DNA of 64,000 bases from Octopus sinensis (Eukaryota). The notes beneath the pieces were generated by a model, which had not been told where the DNA came from, searched no databases, and saw only the letters and a list, made by a program, of their open reading frames with translations. Both the position numbers and the translations under genes were made by a program. Location of the stretch: NCBI RefSeq assembly GCF_006345805.1, contig NW_021833638.1, positions 1-64,000 of the forward strand, given 5' to 3'. Positions 24,189 through 38,154 of the stretch are shown here, piece by piece. The first letter of the stretch is position 1. Every line of letters starts with the position of its first letter.

Positions 24189-24655
24189 ATATATATATAT
24201 AGTGTTGTGTATATACATTGTTTTTTCTTTTACTTTTTTGTTCTTTTTTTTTTATTTCTCTTTTCCTTTTTTTATTTTCCTTTTTTTTATCATTTTATTT
24301 TTTTCTTATTTTCTTCTCTTTCTTTTCTCTTTTTCTCTTTTCTCTCTTTCTTTATTCTTCTCTTCCTGTTCTCGATTTGACCTAACTAATACATTCCCTA
24401 CTTTTAGGTCACTTTAAATAAAACCCTTGATTTAATAACACTGTGTATAAGCTCTATACTTGGAATGACCAGTTTTAAATACTATTGGAATTTACTCATA
24501 AGGTATTGGAATCTTATATGTATGCCATTCTGCCTAAATAATGGATCTACAAATACAATATCCCTGCATATCTCACATCTATTTTCATTCCCCCACTTCA
24601 CTGTTTATTTCGTATCTTATCTAAATTAATTATTGCTTAACCATCTTCTCGCACC

Positions 24656-24703
24656 GTCTCTGATGAAGGGATATAATAAATATCCCGGAAACAGCTGTAA
24701 GAC
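24656..24703 (+). ncRNA. Minimal type I hammerhead ribozyme motif
   Basis: GTCT-CTGATGA-A-GGGATAT-AATAA-ATATCCC-G-GAAA-CAGCTG-TA-AGAC: intact core, 7-bp stem II, palindromic stem III, GUA cleavage triplet. Confidence 0.8.
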
Positions 24704-24776
24704 CTTCTATTTATAAATGTTCTAAAATCTACACACCCTTGGTTTTTTTTATTTCATTACGAAAAAAAAATTATAC

Positions 24777-24817
<41 letters not shown>

Positions 24818-25525
24818 ACACTCACATATATGTATGTATGACCTATGTATGTACATGCTGTAGGAATGCATGTATAGATCAGGTTGATTGTACTTTCGGT
24901 ATACAGTCACTCCATCACTAAATATATTGTTGTTATTCTTTAATATACTTCGAAATTTTATTTTCCTAAACACACACACACACACACAATCACAAAGATA
25001 CACACACTCACACACACGCGCGCGCTCATACACATACGCTTACACACAAGCACACGCTCACACACATACGCTCACACATACGCATGCGCAGAAACAAACT
25101 CACATACTCGAAGTTTTGTCGTGTTGTTGTATACGTACACTAGTGTGTGCTTGTATGCGAGTGCGTAAGCTAGAGTGTATGTATGTGTGTGTGTGTGTAT
25201 GTGCGTGTGTGTGTGCGTGCGTGTGTGTGTGTTTGTGAGGGGGCAGGGTTATGTTTAGAATACTCTGCATGGTATTGTTGAAAGCTTAGTCGAATGTTAT
25301 GAATTCACCAAACATCTTCGAGATTAGCAGCAAATAAAAACAAACACATATGTAAATAAATAAATACCAAAATGATAAAAAGTAAATAAATGAATAAACG
25401 AAGTACTTTTGTGGTATGCTTGCTTAGTTGCTTACAAATATTTCTTAAGAAGATAAATGCTTATTTTAAAGGACACTGATAGAATGACTGGGAATCGACG
25501 TATGATGGTGGAGAAATAGATAATG

Positions 25526-25674
<149 letters not shown>

Positions 25675-25851
25675 GCAGAAAGAGAGAGAGAGAGGGCTGA
25701 GAGAGAGGGAGAGGGAGAGAGAGAGAGCGAGAAAGAGAGCGAGAAAGATAGCGAGAGAGAGAGAGACAGAGACAGAGCGAGAGAGAGACAGAGATCAAGA
25801 GAGAGATCGAGAGAGAGAGAGAGAGAGAGAGCGAGAGCGAGAGAGAGAGCG

Positions 25852-25884
<33 letters not shown>

Positions 25885-26494
25885 TGAGAGAGAACGAGAG
25901 AGAGAGAGAATGAATGTAAATGAAAATGAATGACTGAAAGATGTCTATGCATACACACATACATACATACACAGACAGACACGCACACACACACACATTA
26001 GCATTTACAGGCAAATAGACATATATACATACATACGTACATAACATACATACTTACATGAATGTATGTATGTATGTATGTATGTATGTATGAAGGAAGA
26101 AATAGTTGGAAAGCAAGAAAAAAGGAAAAAAAAATGGTCAGTGTATGAGGAGGAATGATACTTCAAAAAGTAAAAAAAAAAAAAACCGAAATCTCTCGAG
26201 AGGAAGAACATTTCTGAAGAAAATTATTTCCCTTAAGAGACAAGTTGTAGAGAAGGAAGCTGTCTCCATATTGTCTCAACAATGTTAAAGCTGCAAGTCT
26301 TGCCAAAATGACTAGCGAAGCTGAAGTCCGTGTCACTCACGTTTTCAAATATCTTTTGACACTAAAATACATTTTAGGCTTTTAAAGCGAACAGGAAACA
26401 CTTCGTGCACGAAATTTCAGAAAAGTCTCACAGAATATATTTGTTTGTTTATTTATTAATTCAATTCTTTTATTTATTTATTTATTTATTTATT

Positions 26495-26887
26495 TACTCT
26501 TTTACTCTTTTACTTGTTTCATGCTGGAGCACCGCCTTTTAGTCGAGCAAATCGACCCTGGAACTTATTCTTTGTAAGCCTGGTATTTATTCTATCAGTC
26601 TCGCTTGCCGAACCGCTAAGTTACGGGGACGTAAACACACCAGCATCGGTTGTCAAGCAATGTTAGGGGGACAAACACAGACACACAAACATATTCATAC
26701 ATACATATATACATACATATATGCGACGGGCTTCTTTCAGTTTCCATCTACTAAATCTACTCACAAGGCTTTGGTCGGCCCGAGGCTATGGTAGAAGACA
26801 CTTGCCCAAGGTGCCACGCAGTGGGACTGACCCCTGAACCATGTGGTTGGTAAGCAAGCTACTTACCACACAGCCACCACTACGCCT
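26495..26887 (-). mobile_element. SINE family A lacking 18 nt that include the 3' hairpin
   Basis: TTGTTTC|ATGCTGGAGC at about 26520, versus consensus TTGTTTCAGTCATTTGACTGCGGCCATGCTGG. Confidence 0.8.
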
Positions 26888-28181
26888 AATCTACATCTAT
26901 TTATTTACTATTTTATTTATTTATTTATCTTTGTCTTTTATCTTTTAATTCTTTTGGTCTTTCGACCACGGCCATGCTGGAGCACCGCCTCGAATTTTGT
27001 TAGTCGAACGAATATAGGACAACATCAACGAGTGATGTTGTCCTCTTGTTATTTGAAACAATATTGTTACAATTTGGGAAAGATTTCGCTGATAGTTCTA
27101 CGAATTAGGACAACCACGTTTAGCCCTCTTTGTTTTTGGCCCATAAATTTTATCGGATTTTGCAACGCAATATATGGATTGTTACCGTGTTTCTCGACTG
27201 GCCATAGCTATAACACTAAATGTATAAGTGTACGCGTGTTTTTTTGGAGTACTCAGCCACATTGACGTTAATTTCAGAGCAAACCGTTCCGTTAATCGGA
27301 TCAACTAGAACGCTGGTTGTCGTAACCGACGGAGTACCAGTTGCAGAAGGAATCCTAAAACATGTATACATAATTTAACAGCTTCACGGCTGTTAACTCA
27401 ATTTTCGTTTCATTTTAAATTAAAAATATTATCAATAATGAAGGGAGTCGAAGTAAGTTTTGAAGAACGGAAATTTATCCTAAAGTGTTACTAGAATTTA
27501 GAAAACGTACTTCAAGTGCAAAGAAAGTTTAGGAGGGAGTTTAAATAAACCCATCTACACAACTTATCATCACTCGATTTAGAAATAAGTTTTGAAGCAG
27601 ATAAAATTGTTCAGAATACTCACAAGAAACGTCCCAGAATACTATAGATGATGACGAGCTCCCAAAACGCAAGAAATCGTTTTAGAAGTTAATACTAGAT
27701 TTAAGAAAATATGTGCGGTAAGTTAATTGCGAGATAAGAATTTCAAAATTAAGTATCGATCGCATTATAAAGCACTGTCACTGAAAAAGTTACATTCCAA
27801 GAAAAATCTAAGATCCCAGTGAAGATGATCCGAACCATAGAGTAAAATTTTACGAGTGATACTCGATAAGCGGAGTAGATGCATACTTTCCAATAAAGAT
27901 TATTTGGAGAGATGAACAACATTAAAATTCAACTACTTAATTAACCCCCACCATTTCACATACAGGGGACTTGAGAAATCGCATATTACAAGAGAATATC
28001 ATGTTAATTCGCCAGGAGTTACAGTATGGTATTCTTATAATCAAATGGATTAACAGGCCCATTCATTTTTAACGGTACACTGATTGGTCCCCAGAGGACT
28101 TTGAAGATGTGGAATTTTATTTCCAGCCAGATATGGCCTCTCCAAACTACTATAGTAATGTTAGTGTTTATCTTGATAAGA

Positions 28182-28439
28182 ATTTACATTATTTACATTA
28201 TTTACAATTGAGAGATATTTGTCCTCATCTTGTTTGTTGTTAACACAGTATTTCGGCTGATATACCCTCCAGCCTTCATCAGGTGCCTTGCGGAAGTTTC
28301 TAACTTCGGTTCTCATTCCTAAGGAATTTTTCGATGTTGTTGTTGTTGTTGTTATTATTATTATTCAGTTCACTTCCTGGAATCGGTTAAGAGTGCGGAC
28401 TACTAAGCCCAAGATTCCGAGTTCGATTCCAGGCAGTGA

Positions 28440-28513
<74 letters not shown>

Positions 28514-28688
28514 TCGAAAAATACCTTAGGAATGAGAACCCAGGTTCGAAATTTCCCCCAAGACACCTGATGAAGGCTGGAGGGTATATCAGCCGAAACA
28601 TTGTGTTAACAACAAACAAGATGAAGATAAATATCCGACAAACGTAAATAATGTACATAATTCCTCATCTCTTAAATACAGAACTGTA
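28182..28688. mobile_element. Fold-back tRNA-headed element with a hammerhead motif in each arm and 9-bp TSD
   Basis: TSD TTGATAAGA at 28173-28181 and 28689-28697. Inverted arms about 28185-28385 and 28424-28655; tRNA-like centre with B box GAGTTCGATTCC (28419-28430). Confidence 0.85.
28563..28606 (+). ncRNA. Minimal type I hammerhead motif (mirror copy at 28243-28286, minus strand)
   Basis: ACAC-CTGATGA-A-GGCTG-GAGGGTATAT-CAGCC-GAAA-CATT-GTGT; stem III carries a probable CpG-decay mismatch. Confidence 0.7.
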
Positions 28689-29394
28689 TTGATAAGATTT
28701 TGTCAAACAGGTAGATTTGGGACAAAAACGTTCAGTAGAATACATCCCACGTTCATCGGCCCCCACGCCACAAATTTGTACTAATGTTATTAGTTAAAAC
28801 ATTATGACTTCGGTACAAATGAATGTAGCCATTAAGCGAGAATGTGAAATAGTGGAAGGAATGCTTTTACATGCTTGCGTTTCCATTACTTCAAGTTCTC
28901 AACATTGCGTCGATCAAATTGATTATCATTTTGGATATAAGATTTCATAAGAATTTAAATTCTATTCGTAGATTTCTTAAAGTTTTGGAAAAGAAACGAA
29001 TGTTAATAAACCGACTTTACAATCATGTAATGTGTGAACACAATTTTGGGGATGCCTTATATACATTTCTATATATACATGTATGTATGTGTGTGAATAT
29101 GTGTGTGCGTGTATGTGTGAATATATGCATACGTATTATGAATTGATAAATCTTTGTAAGTCAACGCGCTGAATTCATATGAGAGTTTAGAATGTTCATT
29201 ATAAAGTACATCAACGGAATTTGTGAAGAAACTCAAGTTTCAATGCTGCATCAATTCGTACTATATATTGTCCACATCCCTCAGGCCGCGAAAAGAAAAT
29301 GCATATATAAGAAATATATATATATTACGCCCCAGGGGCGATCTAAATTTCTCAAAGCAATTACGTTACAGTATATATATGTATATATATATAT

Positions 29395-29443
<49 letters not shown>

Positions 29444-29821
29444 CATACTTATATATACATATATATATACATACATACACAATATGTATGTATATATACA
29501 CATATATATGTATGAATATATATATATTACATCCATATAATACATATATATGCATATATATATGTATGTATATATGTATCTATCTATGTATATATATATA
29601 TATATATGTATATATAAGTATGTATATATATATATATATAACATATATATACATATATATATATACATATACACATATATATATATACATATATATATAT
29701 ACATATATATGTATGTATTATATATATACATACTTATATATATATATATATATATATACATATATATGTATGTATATATATATACATACTTATATATATA
29801 TATACATATATATGTATGTAT

Positions 29822-29918
<97 letters not shown>

Positions 29919-30297
29919 CATATAAATTTATAGATTGATAGATTGATAAATTTTCAGAATCGCATATAAGTTCCTCTGTTGGCCGTTTCACATATTTTCG
30001 TGATCTTTTTCAGAAATGTGTTTCCGTATCGCCATTTATTTTACGAGACCGCACAGGGAAAGAAATGACAAAAGTCTGCAACTACAGGACTTTTATAATG
30101 AGTTCTCTTGGCTATTAAAATGTATGTTTTTTCTGCATTGAATTTGAAGAATTTGGGTCAACTTTTCTGATCATTCTTTGCAAAACCTTTAAACTCTCAA
30201 AGGTATTGCTCATACATTTGGTTATGTAATCAAACGCAGCACTGATTGTACATATAACACGCGTATGCACGTGCATATATATATATATATACATATA

Positions 30298-30332
<35 letters not shown>

Positions 30333-30334
30333 TT

Positions 30335-30720
30335 TCAGTATCGCCCGGCGTTGCTCGGGTTTGTTTCGACCCGTTTGAATTGGAATTTTTGAAAAGTAAA
30401 AATTTTGCATTATGTAGCTTGTTATTCTCTTTAAGTGAACATTTTTCAGGTTGAAATACACCGAAAAATGGCGACACAGTAAAAAAAGCGTAAAAAATAG
30501 GTATTTTCATAGAAAAAAAAGCACCTTTTTGATGTAAATAATTTTTGGTGTTAACATGGTCCGATTTGAAGTTTTCCTTCTACAGAAGGAATAGCAAGCC
30601 TTCTTCTATCATACTTTCAATTTCGGTCGACCTGCGCCGCAGGCTCTCAGAGGAGATAGTGTTAGTTAAAGACTACCAAACCTGCCATACACAGACAACT
30701 TCAGCTTTATATATATATAT
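30335..30720 (-). mobile_element. Non-autonomous Helitron, same subfamily as 16291
   Basis: Homologous along its whole length; the terminal CTAG is degraded. Confidence 0.8.
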
Positions 30721-32484
30721 ATAATTGCGTACATTCACATATATGAATTCATGTGTGTTTGCGTGTGTACATTCCTGCGTCTGTCATCCGTCGTTGTGAG
30801 TAAAGCCGTCGATGTTTCACACGTGAGTGACTGTATAATGGGGAATATCTCCGATATTTGATCGAATCTTGTGTTCGACTGGTATTTATTTTGTCGAATA
30901 AGGGCCTGGCTGTCTACCGATTCTGCTGACCCACGAAACAGTGCAAGGCAAAGATATCCTTGTCGGAATTTGAACCCAGCTGCAAAGACATTTTGTTCGG
31001 CACATTTATGATACTAACATCGACTTCTTTCATATTAAAACAGTAACTGACCCATTAACCGACAAACATAGGACTGAAAGTGCCCCGGATTTCCCGTCTT
31101 TTCTGTCTAAATCAGAGGTTTTCAACCATTTTTTAAATATCTTTGGACCCTTTTGATTATTATTTTACTCTAGTGACCCCAACCCTATAGCTTTTAAAAA
31201 CTAGTTTTATATAACTTCCTTCAAAATTCCTATTTTGTTATTCACACATAAACTTGTGTAGGTTGAAATATGTGAGACATTAGAGGAAGAAATTGAACTG
31301 TTCCTTGCAATGAATATTTCCAAAGTAACATTTCTTCATGGACAGCTTAATTTACTACTGTCGATCCCCATTTTACTGTGTTGTTTGTATGACTCCTGGG
31401 GTTGAATGGAACCACAGGTCAAAATTGATAATTATAATATAGAACACCCTACGAAAATTGGATCTGTTTTATGTTTATTAAACTGTTTATACTTCTTAAA
31501 ATATATCATCTGGGATTTCTATCTGAATTCCAAGATGATTCCACATCGCAGCAGGGGACAAAAGAATTGCGGTTCCGTCCAACTCGCTTCTTCACCAAAG
31601 TTCTTGAGGAAAAATAGACATACTATTAGGCGTAGTTCAGGCTAGGTTTTGCCCTCATCAAGCAGTCCTGCGATGAAACATAGCCTAACTAATACCGTTT
31701 AGTCGTGTTTGGAACTATTACGTTATTATTCAATTTAACCTTCAATTAGCGAGACAGTGAATTATAACTTCTGGAATAAGACAAACTGCTAACGATGTAT
31801 TGCATTTGCGTTATTACTGAAATTTATTCGTGATGTGCCGGGTGGAGGGATCCGCTAATTTTCATACTTTCTACTGTCATATAAATTGACACGAAAATAT
31901 TTTTATCACAATGTTGGATGTTCTTGTTTTTTGCTTTTGCTTTTTTTTTTGTATGTCTATTTTTCCTCAACAATTTTTGCTCATACTTTTCGAAATCTAA
32001 ATAAATCTTTAGACATCTCAAGATATAGTGGCATTTCGGAAGAAGAAAAAAAAAAAGAGTACCGAATCTATCTGACGGCCCCAGATTTTTCTTCCGTCTA
32101 AATACGTTGTGTGGTGATGGGTTAAGTTCCTAGCGCACTGAGTCGTGATGAAGGTTGGCATTCCGATTGTGTTATTTCATTCCACTTACTGCTCATATCT
32201 AGAGAGAGAGAGAGACTATATATTATAGTCTCAGCATACTGATTTGTTCTCGACGTAATACAAGCCAACGGTGCCAGTGATGTTCCAGTGCAGTGACTGA
32301 GTAATTGCTAAAAACATTGCATTTACACAGAAAACAAAGAAAAAATTATTAAATTCTCGTGAACCCAGCCTACTGGTGGAAAATTTAACATTTGACCTGC
32401 ATTCTTCAAATTCAGTACATTCTCGATTCTTGTCTTGGATATTGTGCAAATATTTCCATATGACTTGCTGCCGTTCGGTAGAAA

Positions 32485-32880
32485 GGCGGCGAGCTGGCAG
32501 AAACGTTAGCACGCTGGGCGAAATGGTTAGCGGTATTTCGTCTGCCACTACGTTCTGAGTTCAAATTCCGCCGAGGTCGACTTTGTCTTTCATCCTTTCG
32601 GGGTCAATTAAATAAGTACCAGTTACGCACTGGGGTCGATATAATCGACTTGATCAATTTGTCTGTCCTTGTTTGTCCCTTCTGTATTTAGCCCATTGTA
32701 GGTAGTAAAGAAATAGAAATAGGTATTTCGTTTGTTCTGAGTTCTAATTCTGCCGAGGTCAACTTTGCCGTTTATCCTTTCGGGGTCGATAAATTAAGTA
32801 CCAGTTGTGTACTGGGATCGATCTAATCGACTGTCCTCGCTCCCCCAAAATTTCGGGCCTCATGCTTAGAGTAGAAAATA
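32485..32880 (+). mobile_element. SINE B dimer (full monomer plus 5'-truncated monomer with an alternative tail)
   Basis: The first monomer ends AAAGAAATAGAAATA; the second starts GGTATTTCGT and ends GAGTAGAAAATAATA. Confidence 0.75.
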
Positions 32881-33597
32881 ATATTTTGGTGCTGGTAAAG
32901 GTGGCGAGCTGGCGGAATCGTTAGCACGCCTGGGTGAAATACTTAGTGTCATTTCGTCTGTCCTTACATTCTGAAAAAAATTCCACCTAGTCGACTTGGC
33001 TTTTCATCCTTTCGGCGTCGATAAAATAAGTGCTAGTTGAGCACCGGGGCGGATGTAATCGACTAGCTCCCGTCCCGCTGAAATTATTGGCCTAAAAGGA
33101 GAAATCAATATTATTCGAGCTAGCAGAATCAGTACTGCACCAGAGAAAATATTTTGTCCGTCTTTACGTTCTGAGTTGAAATGGCGCCGGGGATTTATCA
33201 GGGTCGATAAAATAAGTAACATTTTAGTACTGGGATTCGGGTAATCGATTTACCCTCTCCATCGAAATTGCTGTTCTTTCGCCAAAATTTTAAAGCCAAT
33301 ATTTTCAAAACATTATCACAATTTTCCATAACACGATTTTCCATTCACAATAAATCACCCGTCACTAATGTTTATCGTTCTTATTTAAATTTGGACCAGA
33401 TTCTATCGGTCAAACTGCTAAGTAACGGGACGTAAACACACGAACGCCGTTTGTAAAGGGAGAAACAAATACAAACACCTGCATACACACACATATATTT
33501 GTGTACATTATTACGCACACACACACACACATGTATATGTGTTATATATATATATATATGTATAATATAATATAATTAATAATAATAATAATAATGA

Positions 33598-33885
33598 TGG
33601 GAATAAATCCAAACTTACAGGGAAAAATTAGATTTAGGATTAATTCTAATTTTATAGCATAAATATATATTATATTAAATTAGAGATAAAACCACTATTA
33701 GGCAAATCAAACAGTGAAAAACATAAGCCAATACATAGAAATAAAATTAATTAAAAAAAATATAAAATATAAAAAATAAAAAATATTTTTAAAAATTAAT
33801 TTTATTTCTATGTATTGGCTTATGATTTTCACTGTTTGATTTGCCTAATAGTGGTTTTGTCTCTATTTAATATAATATATATATA
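33598..33885. repeat. Fold-back of an AT-rich repeat (about 88-bp arms)
   Basis: Arms about 33665-33752 and 33793-33880. The same family occurs at 35958-36060, next to a hammerhead-like motif. Confidence 0.75.
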
Positions 33886-34434
33886 TATAATATATATATT
33901 ATATATATATATATTATATACAAGCTTCCATATAGTTCCCATACGGTTACCAAATCCATTCATAGAGGTTTTGGTCGAACCCGGTCTACGCTAGAAGACT
34001 CTTGCCCAAATTACCACGCAGAGGGCCTGAACCCGGAACCATGTGGTTGGAATACAAACGGCTTACCACACAGTCACGCCGGCGCCTACATGTACGAAAT
34101 GCAATGTTTCCTATCCATTGTAAATCGGTTGCTACGATTTTCTCTTCACGACTAGTTGTTCCCTTATGAATACATAAACCAATTTCTTCTGTATACATGT
34201 CATGTGAGAATTGAATTAAATCTTCTGCGATTAAAGTGTGATATTTTAGAATTCATTCAGACTATTCTAAATGTCCTGAATTGTTGATTTGAAATATGGA
34301 AATTCAACTGTTTAACAATTCATTAAATGCTGGAATGTATGTCACATATCGTAGGATAAATTCTGAAACCAGTTTCGGTGGCGCAGGTAATGAATGAATG
34401 TATAAGCAGGTATGTTCGAGAAAATACAGGCATA

Positions 34435-34472
<38 letters not shown>

Positions 34473-34539
34473 CACACACGCACACGCACACACGTACACA
34501 CACACGCACACAATCATACACACACACATTATCTTTTTC

Positions 34540-34745
34540 TTCGTTTCAGTCTTTTCTCTTTTACTTGTTTCAGTCATTTGACTGCGGCCATGCTGGAGCA
34601 CCACCTTTAGTCGAGCAACTCGACCCCAGGACTTATTCTTTGCAAGCCTAGTACTTATTCTATCGGTCTCTTTTGCCGAACCGCTAGGTGACGGGGACGT
34701 AAACACACCAGCATCGGTTGTCAAGCGATTTTGGTGGGACAAACA
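34540..34745 (-). mobile_element. SINE family A, 3' half
   Basis: Matches the family A tail. Confidence 0.8.
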
Positions 34746-35101
34746 CAGATACACAAATATATACATGCTGGACCACAGCCTTGAAGAGTTTTAGCTGAAG
34801 AAATCGACCCTTGCCCTTTTTTATTATAAGTATGTGTGTATATATATACATACGTGTGTGTGTTGTGTGTGTGTGTGTGTGTGTGTGAAGGGAAAAAGGA
34901 AAAGAAACACAGAAAATGCACTCTAGGTATAAAACTAATGGCTTTTTAAAAAATAAAAACAAAGATATATATACATACAAATAAATGATTTCAGACGTAA
35001 TTAAGGAGCATAAAGATCATTAATAATAAAGACCCTTATACTTCTTAATTCCACCTTCAAATCATTTATATGTGTGATATATATTTGTTTATATTATATA
35101 T

Positions 35102-35144
<43 letters not shown>

Positions 35145-35199
35145 TATATATATAATAATATTATATATAATATATATAAAGAGCCATTACATTATACTT

Positions 35200-35599
35200 T
35201 ACTCTTCACTCTCTTTTCTCTTTTACTTGTTTCAGTCATTTGACTGCGGCCATGCTGGAGCACCGCCTTTAGTCGAGCAACTCGACCCCGGGACTTATTC
35301 TTTGTAAGCCTAGTACTTATTCTATCCGTCTCTTTTGCCGAACCGCTAAGTGACGGGGACGTAAACACACCAGCATCGGTTGTCAAGTGATGTTGGTGGG
35401 ACAAACACAGATACACAAATATATACACATACATATATATATACATATATACAACAGGCTTCTTTCAGTTTCCGTCTACCAAATCCACTCACAAGGCATT
35501 GGTGGGCCCACACTTGCCCAAGATGCCACGCAGTGGGACTGAACCCGGAACCATGTGGTTGGTAAGCAAGCTACTTACGACACAGCCACTCCTGCGCCT
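35200..35599 (-). mobile_element. SINE family A with a small internal deletion
   Basis: Matches family A. Confidence 0.85.
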
Positions 35600-35682
35600 T
35601 ACTGTACATTTTCTTCTTCGCTTTCCCCATTTTTATGCGACATGTAATCTTTTCTTTGAAACTTGTTTCTATAATAATAATA

Positions 35683-35724
<42 letters not shown>

Positions 35725-36072
35725 TAAATTCTTTTTATTGGCCACAAGGGCTGACAAACATGATTGGAAAACAGACAGGGACAAAACAGGACGAAAGGTT
35801 ACAAAATGTTTTGTCCGGTTTCCGAGACAAAAAAAAATCCGTGTAAACAAACTTTATAACAACGAAAAAAAATTCAACAATTTACAAAACTCCCAATAGG
35901 GAAAAAATTCAATTTAGTGTTAAATCAACTTTCACAGTATAAATATATAAAATATGAATTAGAGATAAAAACCACTATTATGCAACTCAAACAGTGATAG
36001 ACATAAACCAATACATAAATAACAAATAATATAAATCTAATTATACAAAATATAATATATATATATATACTG

Positions 36073-36130
<58 letters not shown>

Positions 36131-36132
36131 AT

Positions 36133-36163
<31 letters not shown>

Positions 36164-36208
36164 TCAAAAAGTATAAAAGGAATGATAAATATAATATAAT
36201 AAGTAAAA

Positions 36209-36312
36209 ACACTACGTACGTTTCATGGCTATAATTAAATTCGAATTACAATTAAGTTTAAATTCAATTGAAATAAATTCGAACGAAAATTATAGTCAAT
36301 CTTAAGGTTGAT
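36209..36312 (-). ncRNA. Degenerate hammerhead-like motif with a long stem II
   Basis: CTTAAGA-(TGACTATAATT...AATTATAGCCA)-TGAAA-CGTACG-TA-GTG; one core mismatch and a weak stem I. Confidence 0.4.
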
Positions 36313-37001
36313 GATAACAGTTAATTATATAAGCAAATAGAATTAAACAATACCTTTTAATAAATAAATAAAATAATAATAATTTTTCTGATAGAAAAAA
36401 CTTTATTATCTAAATTAGAAACTTAGAACATTAGGATTTTGTCATACAACCCATTTATTTTGATAAATATTTATTTTTAAGGTAAAAATATTGATAGAAA
36501 CATGTATTTATCTATGAAGATATAATATGACTTTAAAAAAACATAATAAACTCTCGAATACCCTTAACTCAGTTATAGTTCAATAATTAATCACCAAATT
36601 ATCTAACAAAATAATCACTATTCATATTTTAAGATTTAAGTTTACATCTAATAATTATAAGATATTTAAAAATAAGTATCTAAATTATAATCAACAAATA
36701 TAGTAATTAAAATAAATATATAGACATATAATGAAAAATAAATAAATTAATTAGTCCATTATTACTTATATAAATATTATAAATATCAATATAATATATT
36801 TATGAAATACATTTAAAAATTAAAGATTAAAAATCAAATTTAAAACGTATAACCTATCTTAAAAGAACCGTAATACTATTTTACGATCTATATACCTCAA
36901 TGACTAAGTAATATCTTACAAATTACGTACAGTTATAATCTAATAATCAAATACATATCATCAACTAAATAATTATAGAACCAAATTAACAATCATATTA
37001 T

Positions 37002-37047
<46 letters not shown>

Positions 37048-37066
37048 TATATACATAATATATATA

Positions 37067-37457
37067 TCTTTATATATAAAAGTGAAGTGTGTGTTGTCTC
37101 CTACGATTTAGATTCCTAACTACTCCCCATTTTGCGGTGCAGTGTAAACAAAAGGGGCATTTATAGTCGTGATTCATATCGAGCCCTTCTGGGTATTAGC
37201 GCGCGTCTACGATGAGTCTACGATTCAAAAAAAAATTACCATCATTTTTTCCCATTTTTTAAAGCATTTTTTTTGCTATTATATAAGGGAAGTAACTCTC
37301 TAAAAATGTATTATTAAATCTCAGAACATAAAAAGCTACAGTAACACACCCCTTTGTGGTTAGCCATATTGAGATGGCTATTATACTTTACATCTCTAAA
37401 AATGCTTATATAGTTATTTCCCTTACAAACCCGAGCAACACCGGGCGATACTGCTAG
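37067..37457 (+). mobile_element. Non-autonomous Helitron, second subfamily
   Basis: A|TC start, hairpin CCCGAGCAACACCGGG, CTAG|T end. Confidence 0.8.
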
Positions 37458-37486
37458 TATATATATATATATATAATATATATATA

Positions 37487-37548
<62 letters not shown>

Positions 37549-37725
37549 GTATAATAACTACGAAGGTCCCTAATGCAGACAGAGCTGTTTACCTTCGTAA
37601 TTAAGCTCTCAATGTGAGCTCGATTTCCGTTGCACTGTGGGCCATTTGGAGTAAGTATTTCCCACTAGGTTTTACCATTTCATTATATATGAAATTTTGA
37701 GATGGATGTTATACAGTAACTCCTC

Positions 37726-37812
<87 letters not shown>

Positions 37813-37814
<2 letters not shown>

Positions 37815-38038
37815 CTTTTTTCCTTTCTCTTTTCTTTTTTTCCCTTTTTTCTTTTTTTTACCCCTCCCCCCTTTTTTCTTTTCCTTTTTTCTTTTTTTCT
37901 TTTTTTGTTCTGTTTTCCCTTTTACGATCCCTTTTGATCGAAAACCTACGCCACCATTTTTTTTCTCCCCCAAAAGAAAAGCTCTACCTTGTAACATGTG
38001 CCATCTGTGTGCAGCCCTGTGTGGCCAATAAAGAAACT
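37813..38038 (+). mobile_element. Second copy (3' UTR only) of the (TATC)n-embedded Tx1-like element
   Basis: Shares TTTTACGATCCCTTTTGATCGAAA...AAAAGAAAAGCTCTACCTTGTAA...AATAAAGAAA with 505-656; flanked by (TATC)n. Confidence 0.7.
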
Positions 38039-38085
38039 TATCTATCTATCTATCTATCTCTCTATCTATCTATCTATCTACCTAC

Positions 38086-38154
<69 letters not shown>

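Larger units (their letters stand above)
27400..28960 (+). mobile_element. Decayed Tc1/mariner-superfamily transposon (DUF4817-HTH, rosa/DD41D-like), interrupted at 28182-28688
   Basis: SFEERKFILKCY...QVQRKFRREF, IIWRDE, VNSPGVTVW and FYFQPD...VYLDK, resuming ILSNR...VEY.PRS after the insert. Many stops and frameshifts; the third catalytic residue is not readable. Confidence 0.65.

Noticed and set aside
30115-30270. Minus-strand stretch AAFDYITKCMSNTFESLKVLQRMIRKVDP as a terminal exon
   Set aside because: No recognisable homology, a weak acceptor context and no partner exons.
31113-31420. Possible hAT-type MITE starting CAGAGGTTTTCAACC
   Set aside because: The right TIR is too degenerate and no 8-bp TSD is visible.
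36315-36990. AT-rich block as a mitochondrial insertion (NUMT)
   Set aside because: No open frame under the invertebrate mitochondrial code that I could match to a mitochondrial gene; left unresolved.
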